Positions 27,891-36,461 of a stretch of DNA of 64,000 nucleotides are shown piece by piece. The notes under the pieces are model-generated. The model was given only the letters and a program-made list of their open reading frames with translations. It was not told the DNA's origin and did not search any database. This DNA comes from an uncultured Clostridia bacterium (lineage in GTDB: Bacteria > Bacillota > Clostridia > Christensenellales > CAG-314), in the NCBI GenBank assembly GCA_947629985.1, contig CANRFV010000006.1, forward strand, positions 29,119-93,118, in the 5' to 3' direction. The translations under genes and the position numbers were made by a program. Positions within the stretch are counted from its first letter, which is position 1. Every line of letters starts with the position of its first letter.

Positions 27891-28105
27891 GTAAATGCAG
27901 TGCAACCGCCGCAAAAACAATTTTTGCCGCAAGGCAGACGGAAAAGTAGGGCAAATGTCTAAACAAACTCTTTTAACAACCAACATAAAAATACCCGCTT
28001 TTCGCTATGCCGTACTTGCGTATATTGCAGGTCTGTCGTTTGCGCCGCATATTTTATCGAGTAGTAAAAACAAGCAATGATTATCTTTGCTTGTTTTCTT
28101 TTTTG
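27891..28105 (+). ncRNA. candidate orphan transcript: rod-folded small RNA, or mRNA for a 41-aa (or 61-aa) hydrophobic peptide
   Basis: Bounded by the promoter above and the terminator AAACAAGCAA-TGATTATCT-TTGCTTGTTT-TCTTTTTT (28066-28105). 27895-27951 is imperfectly complementary to 27994-28050. In-frame ATGs at 27895 and 27955, stop at 28080. Confidence 0.35.
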
Positions 28106-28246
28106 TCCGACAAGCGTTTTGCGCGCCTGCGCAAACCTATTGCAAACCTATTGCAGTAGTGCAACAAGCCGCTGTTCCGCCGCAAAAGACGTCCGTTTAG
28201 CGGGCAAAAAAAACGAGTTTTTTGCTATGACGGCAAAATTTGGGTA

Positions 28247-28275
28247 TTGACTTGCGGGTTGCGTAATGATATAAT
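28247..28275 (+). promoter_or_regulatory. sigma-A-type promoter of the 28352-38852 operon
   Basis: TTGACT, 17-nt spacer, TATAAT. Confidence 0.65.
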
Positions 28276-28351
28276 TTTTATACTGAATAGGTACAGGGGT
28301 ACGTATGCCCGTCTGCTTAAATAAACGTAATTTTTGTATTTGGAGGAATTT

Positions 28352-28654
28352 ATGCTCGGTCTATTAGCCAAACTCAATCCGCTTAAAGACATCGACAAAG
28401 TTTTTTTCATAGTCATTGCGGTAATTGTGGCGGTTGCTGTTGCAATTTATTTTTTGATTCCCGTATTTAACAAAAAACAATATCAAGAACGCAGAGACAA
28501 TTTGAGAATGCGCGAAGAAAAACTTAAAGCCAACGCGCCCAATATGTTTGCGGCGTCAAATGCCGCAGTCGAACAAGTCGATTCGGACGGCGTTGTTGCC
28601 CAAGAACAAGCCGAGCAACCCGCAAATTCCCAACAAGACGTCGACAAACTATAA
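28352..28654 (+). CDS. small single-pass membrane protein (100 aa), unknown function
   Basis: ATG 28352 behind GGAGGA. TM helix FFIVIAVIVAVAVAIYFLIPV, then a charged Q/E-rich tail. Its TAA overlaps the next ATG (TAATG). Confidence 0.6.
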   Translation: MLGLLAKLNPLKDIDKVFFIVIAVIVAVAVAIYFLIPVFNKKQYQERRDNLRMREEKLKANAPNMFAASNAAVEQVDSDGVVAQEQAEQPANSQQDVDKL

Positions 28655-30057
28655 TGAAAGGAAGTAAAGTCTTTTCGATAGTAATATATTATTTATTTAC
28701 ATTTACTATCGGAATTTTGCTCGCTTGGGGGCTGCCGAAGTATTACGGCGATTTCCAAGTCAGGGGCGACTATTTGCAACAAACTGTAGCCGAAGGCAAT
28801 TTCGATCTGGCTATGGCGTGTGCAAGTAACATTTACAACAAAAATCGTGTTTTGGACGTGCAATTTCCGCAAGGCGGCGGCTTGGTGCTATATCAATCGA
28901 TATTGCAATACAATGACGTTTCCGGCGCTTCGGACGGCAACTCCGCGGAAGGGCCCGAACTGCTGGACAAGCAACTGTACAAAGCGATAGTAGGGTTTAT
29001 GTACGGTGTGGATGACGGTTATCGCGTATTTTCGGTGCAAAACAATCAAACCAAACTTATCGTAGATACCGATAGCGGCGCCAAACAGATAGAGTTGTTG
29101 GATTACGACACCAACGACGACGGCATTAACGACGGAATATCCACCTACACTCAGCACAAGTTGATAATCGTAGAAATTCCGTTGAACGGCATATCACAAA
29201 TAAACGGTCTGACGTTTACGGATTACCAAGGCGCAACGTTTTACAGCACAGATGCCGCCATTTCCTGTCAAAGCGACTTTTTCGATATATATTCCGATAT
29301 AAACGAGTACAACGATCTTGTGCGCTTGTATGCCGAAACGTCCGACCAGGACGAGCGAAAAGCCGCCAATGACGCATTGGCTGCAATGTTCGGCGAGTAT
29401 CAAAACAAAACTACCGCCAACCCCGATTACGTATTCATCTCCAACGAAAATAAAAACACCGTTCCCGAATACGTCGAAATGAATTCCGCAGTCAACAAGG
29501 CGTCCAACCGCAAGGCTGTTCCGATAATAATAATCTACTTTGTGTGCGTTTACATTATCGGCGACTTTTTGTTGGGTACGCATTATATAATAAAGTTTTT
29601 CCGCTGGTTGTTGTTCGACGTGTTCAAGATCAAGCGCAAAAACAAGCCGCCCAAGGTCAACCGCGACGAAGTATTCGGGCACGATTATTACAGTCAGGTA
29701 ACTCTGTCGTTGGATACAAGCGACGTACCCGAATTTAACGGCAGTGTGGAAATAAAGTACACCAACAGCGATTCGGAAGTAAAATTTACGTTATTAAAGG
29801 CAGAAAATTACACGGCTACGCAGCGCATAAAAGCGGGCGTGTACGTAAATCCGTTTATAGATATCGACCGCAACTATGCGCCTGTCGATTTGCCGGATAA
29901 CTTCCAAGTTGAAGGGTATCGTCTTGACAAAACCGTCAAAATAGTGCGCCGCAATACAGGCAATTCGGCGCAAAACCGCTCCGACAAGCCCGCCGACGTT
30001 ACGTCGGAACAACCCGACAACCCGTCGCAGGTTACCGAACAAACAGAAAATAAATAA
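28654..30057 (+). CDS. two-TM membrane protein (467 aa) with a large extracytoplasmic domain, unknown function
   Basis: TM1 at residues 7-27, an Asp/Asn-rich outside domain of about 270 aa, TM2 (AVPIIIIYFVCVYIIGDFLLG), a cytoplasmic domain of about 140 aa and a polar tail. No family recognised. Confidence 0.6.
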   Translation: MKGSKVFSIVIYYLFTFTIGILLAWGLPKYYGDFQVRGDYLQQTVAEGNFDLAMACASNIYNKNRVLDVQFPQGGGLVLYQSILQYNDVSGASDGNSAEGPELLDKQLYKAIVGFMYGVDDGYRVFSVQNNQTKLIVDTDSGAKQIELLDYDTNDDGINDGISTYTQHKLIIVEIPLNGISQINGLTFTDYQGATFYSTDAAISCQSDFFDIYSDINEYNDLVRLYAETSDQDERKAANDALAAMFGEYQNKTTANPDYVFISNENKNTVPEYVEMNSAVNKASNRKAVPIIIIYFVCVYIIGDFLLGTHYIIKFFRWLLFDVFKIKRKNKPPKVNRDEVFGHDYYSQVTLSLDTSDVPEFNGSVEIKYTNSDSEVKFTLLKAENYTATQRIKAGVYVNPFIDIDRNYAPVDLPDNFQVEGYRLDKTVKIVRRNTGNSAQNRSDKPADVTSEQPDNPSQVTEQTENK

Positions 30058-30077
30058 AGCGAGAGGTATAACCGCTT

Positions 30078-31151
30078 ATGAAAATATCGATTCAACACTT
30101 GACAAAGATTTTCCCCAGCAGAAACAAGGGCGGAAAGGAAGTTCATGCCGTCGAGGATATGAACATCGAAATACCTTCCGGCAAACTTGTCGGCTTGCTC
30201 GGACCTTCCGGCTGCGGAAAATCGACCACGCTCTTTATGCTCAGCGGACTCGAAAGTCCTACGTCGGGCAAAATTTTGTTCGACGATCAGGACGTAACCA
30301 CGCTTGCGGCGGAAAAACGCGGCATTGGTCTGGTATTCCAAAACTACGCGCTGTACCCGCATATGACAGTAGAGCAAAACATACGCTTTCCCTTGGACAA
30401 TATGCGTATCAAAAAGGACGAAGGCAATGCCCGCGCATTGGACGCGGCGCGTCTTGTTCAGATCGAAGATCTTATGGCGCGCAAACCCAGCGAATTGTCC
30501 GGCGGTCAGCAACAGCGTGTTGCAATTGCCCGCGCGCTTGTCAAAATGCCCAACGTTTTGCTGTTGGACGAACCGCTGTCCAACCTGGACGCACGTCTCA
30601 GACTGCAAACGCGTGAAGAAATCAAGCGTATTCAGCGCGAAACGGGCATAACCACGGTATTTGTAACGCACGACCAGGAAGAAGCGATGAGCATTTGCGA
30701 CATAATGGTCGTAATGAAGTTGGGCGTAGTGCAACAAATAGGCGAACCACAATCCATTTACGACGATCCCGCCAACTTGTTTGTTGCCAACTTCCTCGGC
30801 ACGCCGCCCATCAACATCTTCAAGGGCAAAATCGAAGGCGGCAAAGTGTACGTCGGCGACGAAGCGATCTCCGCAACGGAACACGAAGATCAGGAAGTAT
30901 ACGTGGGTATCCGTCCCGAAGGCTTTATTTACGATCCCGACGGCGTATTTACGCTCGATCTGGACCACGTGGAAGTTATGGGGCGCGACAAGTCCGTCGT
31001 GTCCACTCACCAAGCGTCCACCAAGCCCACCGTTCGTTGCATAATCGATTCCGACGTAAAACTGCCCGAAAAGGCGGACAAATTGAAATTCAACATCAAA
31101 CCCAACAAGTTATTCTTGTTTAACGGCGAAACGGAAGAGAGGATACGCTGA
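30078..31151 (+). CDS. sugar-type (MalK/UgpC/MsmX-like) ABC transporter ATP-binding protein
   Basis: GPSGCGKST, LSGGQQQRVAIARAL and LLLDEPLSNLD motifs; C-terminal TOBE-like domain. Confidence 0.9.
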   Translation: MKISIQHLTKIFPSRNKGGKEVHAVEDMNIEIPSGKLVGLLGPSGCGKSTTLFMLSGLESPTSGKILFDDQDVTTLAAEKRGIGLVFQNYALYPHMTVEQNIRFPLDNMRIKKDEGNARALDAARLVQIEDLMARKPSELSGGQQQRVAIARALVKMPNVLLLDEPLSNLDARLRLQTREEIKRIQRETGITTVFVTHDQEEAMSICDIMVVMKLGVVQQIGEPQSIYDDPANLFVANFLGTPPINIFKGKIEGGKVYVGDEAISATEHEDQEVYVGIRPEGFIYDPDGVFTLDLDHVEVMGRDKSVVSTHQASTKPTVRCIIDSDVKLPEKADKLKFNIKPNKLFLFNGETEERIR

Positions 31152-32326
31152 TGGCAGACAAAAATGCGCAAGACGTTTCGGCAGAAGTTGAAACCACCGA
31201 AACGCAACAACCCGCTTCGAAACAAAAGACCAATGCTTTTGTCGCCTTTTGGAAAAATCTCGGCGGCAAGGTAAAGGGTGTGTTCGGCGGCTGGTCAAAC
31301 AAATCGCCGCGGCACGTCGAAGCCGACTTGGTACTCAACCAACAACAGCAGTTGTCCACGGGCGAAAAGGTCAAGCGCGCGTTAAAAGCGCAAAGCGGTT
31401 GGCTGTTTGTTGCGCCTGCGTTGCTGTTGATGCTTTTGTTTACGTTTTACCCAATAGTAAGCGCCTTCATCAACGCTTTCAAGCAGGATCTCGACCTTAC
31501 CGGCAACTATTCCGGCTGGGGGTTCGACAACTTTGTACACGTGTTCAAGGGCGATACGGGCACAGGCGGCGCAACGTTTGTGCAGTGCCTTATCAACACG
31601 CTTGTGTTTACGTTGGTATCCGTGCCGCTTTCCACATTGATTGCGCTGCTCATATCCGTGGCGCTCAACTCCATCAAAGCGGTGCAAAAAGCATATCAAA
31701 CAATACTTTTCCTGCCGTATCTTACCAACTCGTTGGCAATGGGCGCGGTTTTCGCAACCTTCTTTACGTTGGTCAACTCCGGCAGCGGAACAAACGTCGG
31801 TTTAATAAACCAATTTCTCGGTTTGTTCGGCATACCGCCTACAGATTGGATGGGTATCGGCGCTCCCGTATGGGAACTCGGCGACGCAGTCAAAATTTAT
31901 TGGACTAAATACCTTGTGGTAATAATCTACGAAATTTGGTCGGGTCTGCCCTTCAAAATTCTCATTTTGTTCAGCGCGCTGCAAAGCGTCAACAAACAAT
32001 ATTACGACGCCGCCCGCGTAGACGGAGCAAAGCGTAGCACAATTTTGTGGAAGATCACCACTCCGATGATAATGCCGCAAATCAGTTATCTGCTTGTTAC
32101 GGGCATTATGGGCGGTATGAAACAATACACGGCGGTTGTAGGTCTGTTCGGTTCCAAGATGGGCTTGCAATTCGAAGTGGGTACAATGGTTGGTTACGTT
32201 TACCAATACATCGAAGGCGGTTCGCCCAAATACGGCTACGCCTATGCCGCGTCGTTGTTGCTGTTTGCAATAATAATGGTTATTACATTTATCAACAACA
32301 AAATCACGGGCAAACGTTCGCACTAA
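31151..32326 (+). CDS. carbohydrate-type ABC transporter permease (MalF/UgpA-like) with a polar N-terminal extension of about 90 aa
   Basis: TGATG overlap with the ATPase gene. Six predicted TM segments. EAA-like loop (DAARVDGAKRSTILWKITTPM). Confidence 0.85.
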   Translation: MADKNAQDVSAEVETTETQQPASKQKTNAFVAFWKNLGGKVKGVFGGWSNKSPRHVEADLVLNQQQQLSTGEKVKRALKAQSGWLFVAPALLLMLLFTFYPIVSAFINAFKQDLDLTGNYSGWGFDNFVHVFKGDTGTGGATFVQCLINTLVFTLVSVPLSTLIALLISVALNSIKAVQKAYQTILFLPYLTNSLAMGAVFATFFTLVNSGSGTNVGLINQFLGLFGIPPTDWMGIGAPVWELGDAVKIYWTKYLVVIIYEIWSGLPFKILILFSALQSVNKQYYDAARVDGAKRSTILWKITTPMIMPQISYLLVTGIMGGMKQYTAVVGLFGSKMGLQFEVGTMVGYVYQYIEGGSPKYGYAYAASLLLFAIIMVITFINNKITGKRSH

Positions 32327-32340
32327 GGGAGGGTTACGTT

Positions 32341-33390
32341 ATGGCAAACAAACAAATTGACGACAAACAACAAAACGTAACAAATCCTGCGCCCGAACAG
32401 CAACCCGCAAGCGCGGCGGAAACCAATTTTGCGCCCATCGGCGCGGCATTGGAAGAGGCTCCCACGCAGTTCGACGTCGAACGCGCCATCAAGCGGCAAA
32501 AAACGCTGCGCATAGTAAAGGACGTATTTGTGTACATATTCCTTACGATCTGCGCCGTGTTGGCATTTTTGCCCTTCTATTGGATGGTAATCACTTCGCT
32601 CAAAAACGAGTGGGAATACCGTGCGATAACGCCCACGTTTTTCCCGACGCAGGGCGTGGTGTGGAAGAACTACGAAATAGTGCTGTCCAGCACCGACAAT
32701 TCTCAAAACAATTTCGGTCAGATACTTGTAAACACGCTTGTCGTGGGCTTGCTGTCCACGGTAATAGGCGTAATTATCACGGTAATTACGGCGTATGCGT
32801 TTGCTCGAATGAATTTCAAAGGTAAAAACGCGTTGTTTGCGCTTATGCTTGCAACAATGATGATCCCCGGCGAAATGTATACTATCAGCAATTACCAAAT
32901 GACCCGCGGTTGGGAATGGAACAATACCTACATCGTATTGATACTGCCCTTCCTGGTAAGCGTTTACTACACGTATCTGTTGCGCAACAACTTTATGCAA
33001 ATTCCCGATTCGCTGTATCAGGCGGCAAAAGTAGACGGCTTGTCCGACTTCGGCTACCTTGTAAAAGTAATGGTGCCGCTTACCGCTCCCACGTTGGTAA
33101 GCATTACGTTGCTCAAATTCATCGGCACCTGGAACAGTTACATTTGGCCCCGCCTTATCAACAACGACGAAAGTTGGCAAATGATCACCAACTGGGTAAC
33201 GGGCGGCTTTACCGATATGAACGGCGTGCTGTACAACGGCGATGTGTTCCAATGGATATCCAACACCGAGTCGCTTACAACGTTGCGTATGGCAGCGGTT
33301 TGTATGGTATCGTTGCCGCTGTTTGTACTGTTCATCTTCTGCCGCAAGTACATTATGCGCGGCGTATCCAAGAGCGGTACAAAAGGTTGA
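32341..33390 (+). CDS. carbohydrate-type ABC transporter permease (MalG/UgpE-like) with a polar N-terminal extension of about 70 aa
   Basis: ATG 32341 behind GGGAGGG. EAA-like loop (QAAKVDGLSDFGYLVKVMVPL). Confidence 0.85.
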   Translation: MANKQIDDKQQNVTNPAPEQQPASAAETNFAPIGAALEEAPTQFDVERAIKRQKTLRIVKDVFVYIFLTICAVLAFLPFYWMVITSLKNEWEYRAITPTFFPTQGVVWKNYEIVLSSTDNSQNNFGQILVNTLVVGLLSTVIGVIITVITAYAFARMNFKGKNALFALMLATMMIPGEMYTISNYQMTRGWEWNNTYIVLILPFLVSVYYTYLLRNNFMQIPDSLYQAAKVDGLSDFGYLVKVMVPLTAPTLVSITLLKFIGTWNSYIWPRLINNDESWQMITNWVTGGFTDMNGVLYNGDVFQWISNTESLTTLRMAAVCMVSLPLFVLFIFCRKYIMRGVSKSGTKG

Positions 33391-33509
33391 TTACGCATCG
33401 GCACGGCGCTTTTGCCGCCGCAGCCGCACACACGTTACCCGTTTGCGTGTAAATAACAGTGTAATTTACGCACACTAAGTGCGTGGATAATAAAATTAAG
33501 GAGAAAACT

Positions 33510-35054
33510 ATGAAAAAACTAATCGTAAGTATATTGGTTTGCGTGTTTTTGTTTGCGGGCGCATTGACAATAATGACCGCCTGCGACAAAGATCCTACCC
33601 CCACGCCGGATGACGGACCGTTGACGGATTACTCGCATACCATTGTGTTCTATTCCACTATGGGTCAAACCCTTCGCGGAGTTTTGGAGCCCCTTATCGA
33701 AGATTTCGAGGCGGCTCACCCCGGCTGGAAAGTGGAACACAACTATTCGGCAGGCAATTATGACACCCTCAAGAACCTTATTACCAACGATTTGCGTACA
33801 GGTACTCAGCCCGACTTGGCATATTGCTATCCCGACCACGTTGCGTCCTACCTTGCAACGCGCAAAGTTGTAGATCTTTCCAAGTACCTTACCAGTTCCG
33901 AAGAACTGACGTTCAACGGCGTTACGGAACGTATCGGTTACACCGGCGACGAACTTGCGGATTTCTACGACATCTTTATGGAAGAAGGTCGTGCGGAAAA
34001 CTACTTCGAATATGACCGCTACGGTTACAATGAAGAAAGCGTTCTTACAATGCCCTTCATCAAATCCACCGAGTTGCTGTACTACAACCAAGACGCACTG
34101 CTTGCGGCAGCCGATATGTTGCTTGCACAAAACAGAGCCGACGACGCCGCGTTGTTTGCAGAAATAAGCGACGGCAAAGCGGTTACCGCTAAACCCGCAG
34201 ATACCTGGGACATCTTGTGGAAACAAGCCCCCATTCTTAAACAACTGTATCCCAACTGCACTCCGCTTGCTTACGACAGCGAAGACAACTGGTTTATTAC
34301 TATGTGCCAACAAAACAATTGGGGCTACACCAGCATGAACGCGGGACATCACTATCTGTGGACGGAAAATAACGACGGTCTTGTCGCTTGGTTGACAGAT
34401 CTCAAAGATAAAATCGACGCGGGTCTGTTTATGACCAGCACAACCTTGGACGCAACGGGCGAAACTTATACTTCCACCGTATTTACGCAAGGCGTAGGTA
34501 AGTTGGCAGATGGTACCAAAATTGACGGAGGTCAAGGGGGCGGCGCAATTTACTGCATAGGTTCTTCCGGCGGCGCTTCGTACCAATCCACACAAAACTT
34601 TACGGTACGTATCGCTCCCATTCCCGGTTCGGTAGTGGGCGGCAGAACAAATTATTCAGCAATTTCGCAAGGTCCTTCGTTTGTAATGTTCAGCGGCGGC
34701 AACAAGGTTACCAACGTTGAAGAAAAAGAAAAAATGACCTTCTTGTTTATGAAAACGTTGCTTGACGCAACCAGCCAGGTTCAGTTCTCTATGGCAAACG
34801 GTTATTGCCCGTCCAGAGCAAGTTGTTACGAAATCGAAGCGTTTGACGATTATCTCAACAATAACAACACCGTATCGCTTGCAGTTAAGACCGCCGGCGG
34901 TATGACAAGCAGATTCTTTACGTCTCCCGCGTTCGACGGTTCGTCCAACGCACGTGATGCTGTCGGCGCCGCTCTTGTAAGTATTCTCAGCGGAGCAAAC
35001 GTAGAAACCGCACTTCGCAACGCGCTCAACGCTTGCGGCGGCAACAGCAATTAA
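33510..35054 (+). CDS. lipoprotein, family-1 extracellular solute-binding protein (514 aa)
   Basis: ATG behind AAGGAG. Lipobox LTIMTAC. IVFYSTMGQ...DLAYCYPDHV is typical of CUT1 binding proteins. Confidence 0.8.
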   Translation: MKKLIVSILVCVFLFAGALTIMTACDKDPTPTPDDGPLTDYSHTIVFYSTMGQTLRGVLEPLIEDFEAAHPGWKVEHNYSAGNYDTLKNLITNDLRTGTQPDLAYCYPDHVASYLATRKVVDLSKYLTSSEELTFNGVTERIGYTGDELADFYDIFMEEGRAENYFEYDRYGYNEESVLTMPFIKSTELLYYNQDALLAAADMLLAQNRADDAALFAEISDGKAVTAKPADTWDILWKQAPILKQLYPNCTPLAYDSEDNWFITMCQQNNWGYTSMNAGHHYLWTENNDGLVAWLTDLKDKIDAGLFMTSTTLDATGETYTSTVFTQGVGKLADGTKIDGGQGGGAIYCIGSSGGASYQSTQNFTVRIAPIPGSVVGGRTNYSAISQGPSFVMFSGGNKVTNVEEKEKMTFLFMKTLLDATSQVQFSMANGYCPSRASCYEIEAFDDYLNNNNTVSLAVKTAGGMTSRFFTSPAFDGSSNARDAVGAALVSILSGANVETALRNALNACGGNSN

Positions 35055-35080
35055 ACAAGTAAATATTTTACGGTGGCAAA

Positions 35081-36433
35081 ATGAAAAAAACATTCAGCAA
35101 AATTTTAATTACGGTAATGGTGTTGGCGTTATGTTTGTCGCTGATGGTTGCTTGTCAACCCGACGATCCCACGCCTACGCCCAATCCCGTACCCGAAATT
35201 GCGGATAACAGCGAGCATTTCGACGAAATTACCCGCACGCTCAAACTTACCAAAGATTACGAAGGCAAGTCGTTCTTCGATGACGGTATAGGCGTAGCCA
35301 CGCTAAACCGTGCCGTCGACGGCGACACTACCAGCGTAAAGTTGGTCGTCGACAAAAAAACCGTAAGCATTCGTTACGAACAGATCAACACTCCGGAATC
35401 TACCGGCGGTGTGGAAAAGTGGGGCAAAGCGGCTTCGCTGTACAACAAGGAAAAACTCGAAGGGGCGGATCTGATTGTTGTCGAAGCCACGAAAACTCCG
35501 CCCGCGCACGACAGTTACGGCACGCGTTATTTGGGTTATATCTGGTATCGCACCGCAGGCGAAACCGACCTTAAATTACTCAATCTCGAAATGGTCGAAA
35601 ACGGCTTTTCGCCCAATAACGGTCAGGAAACCCCCGAATATCCGTACTATTCGTATTTCAAAAAAGCCAACGACTTTGCGCGCAGTATCAAGTTGCGTCT
35701 GTATTCCGATCTGGACGACCCGCTGTACGATCGTAACCCCAAGGTTACCACAATAAAGCATTTTTGCGAAAACATCGTCAACGGCGACGAAACAAACGAC
35801 GGATTCAATCTGGAATATTACGACGCCGTGTTGGATTCGGGCAAAAAGGTCCAATTCGAAGGCTATCTTGTAAGCCTTAAAATATCCGACTCCGGCACTC
35901 ACACGTTTGTTGCCGCGCAATACGACGAAGAAACGGGCAAAGTGTACTACATCAACATTTACGCCGCGTATTCTTCCAGCGCCGCGTCGCGTATGAACGT
36001 GGGCGACAAGTACAAGATCGTGGGCGTGGTGCAGTATTACTACGGCACTTGGCAAGTTTCGGGTATTATTTACAACGCCATGCGCGACGGGTTGGATATC
36101 ACCTATCTCAATCAATCAAGTTACTACCTTATGTTCAACTCGCAGGAACCCAACAGTTCGTACGACCAGTATGGCAAAAACCTGTACAGCGACGTAACGG
36201 TAACCGAAGTATCGCGTCAAGGCAACGTTCTTACCGTAACGGGTACCGCCAACAAAGTAGACGGCGGCAAGTTCAACGGCGAAGAGGCCGAGTTTACCTT
36301 TACTATCCCCGTAACGGATAGTTACAACGACGCAATCAAGGTAGGCAGCGTAATATCTCTTACCGGTTTGCAACAAGTAAAAAATTCCGGACAAATCACA
36401 GTGTTATCCTATTCTGACATAACCATCAGATAG
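35081..36433 (+). CDS. lipoprotein with N-terminal staphylococcal-nuclease (SNase) domain and C-terminal OB-fold-like domain
   Basis: Lipobox LMVAC. ATLNRAVDGDTTSVKL..IRYEQINTPES..GVEKWGKAAS..DSYGTRYLGYIWY aligns with S. aureus nuclease ATLIKAIDGDTVKL..FRLLLVDTPET..GVEKYGPEAS..DKYGRGLAYIY. The C-terminus has VGDKYKIVGVVQYYYGTWQV. Confidence 0.8.
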   Translation: MKKTFSKILITVMVLALCLSLMVACQPDDPTPTPNPVPEIADNSEHFDEITRTLKLTKDYEGKSFFDDGIGVATLNRAVDGDTTSVKLVVDKKTVSIRYEQINTPESTGGVEKWGKAASLYNKEKLEGADLIVVEATKTPPAHDSYGTRYLGYIWYRTAGETDLKLLNLEMVENGFSPNNGQETPEYPYYSYFKKANDFARSIKLRLYSDLDDPLYDRNPKVTTIKHFCENIVNGDETNDGFNLEYYDAVLDSGKKVQFEGYLVSLKISDSGTHTFVAAQYDEETGKVYYINIYAAYSSSAASRMNVGDKYKIVGVVQYYYGTWQVSGIIYNAMRDGLDITYLNQSSYYLMFNSQEPNSSYDQYGKNLYSDVTVTEVSRQGNVLTVTGTANKVDGGKFNGEEAEFTFTIPVTDSYNDAIKVGSVISLTGLQQVKNSGQITVLSYSDITIR

Positions 36434-36461
36434 TTTACAAAATCTTATAAGGAGAAAAACA

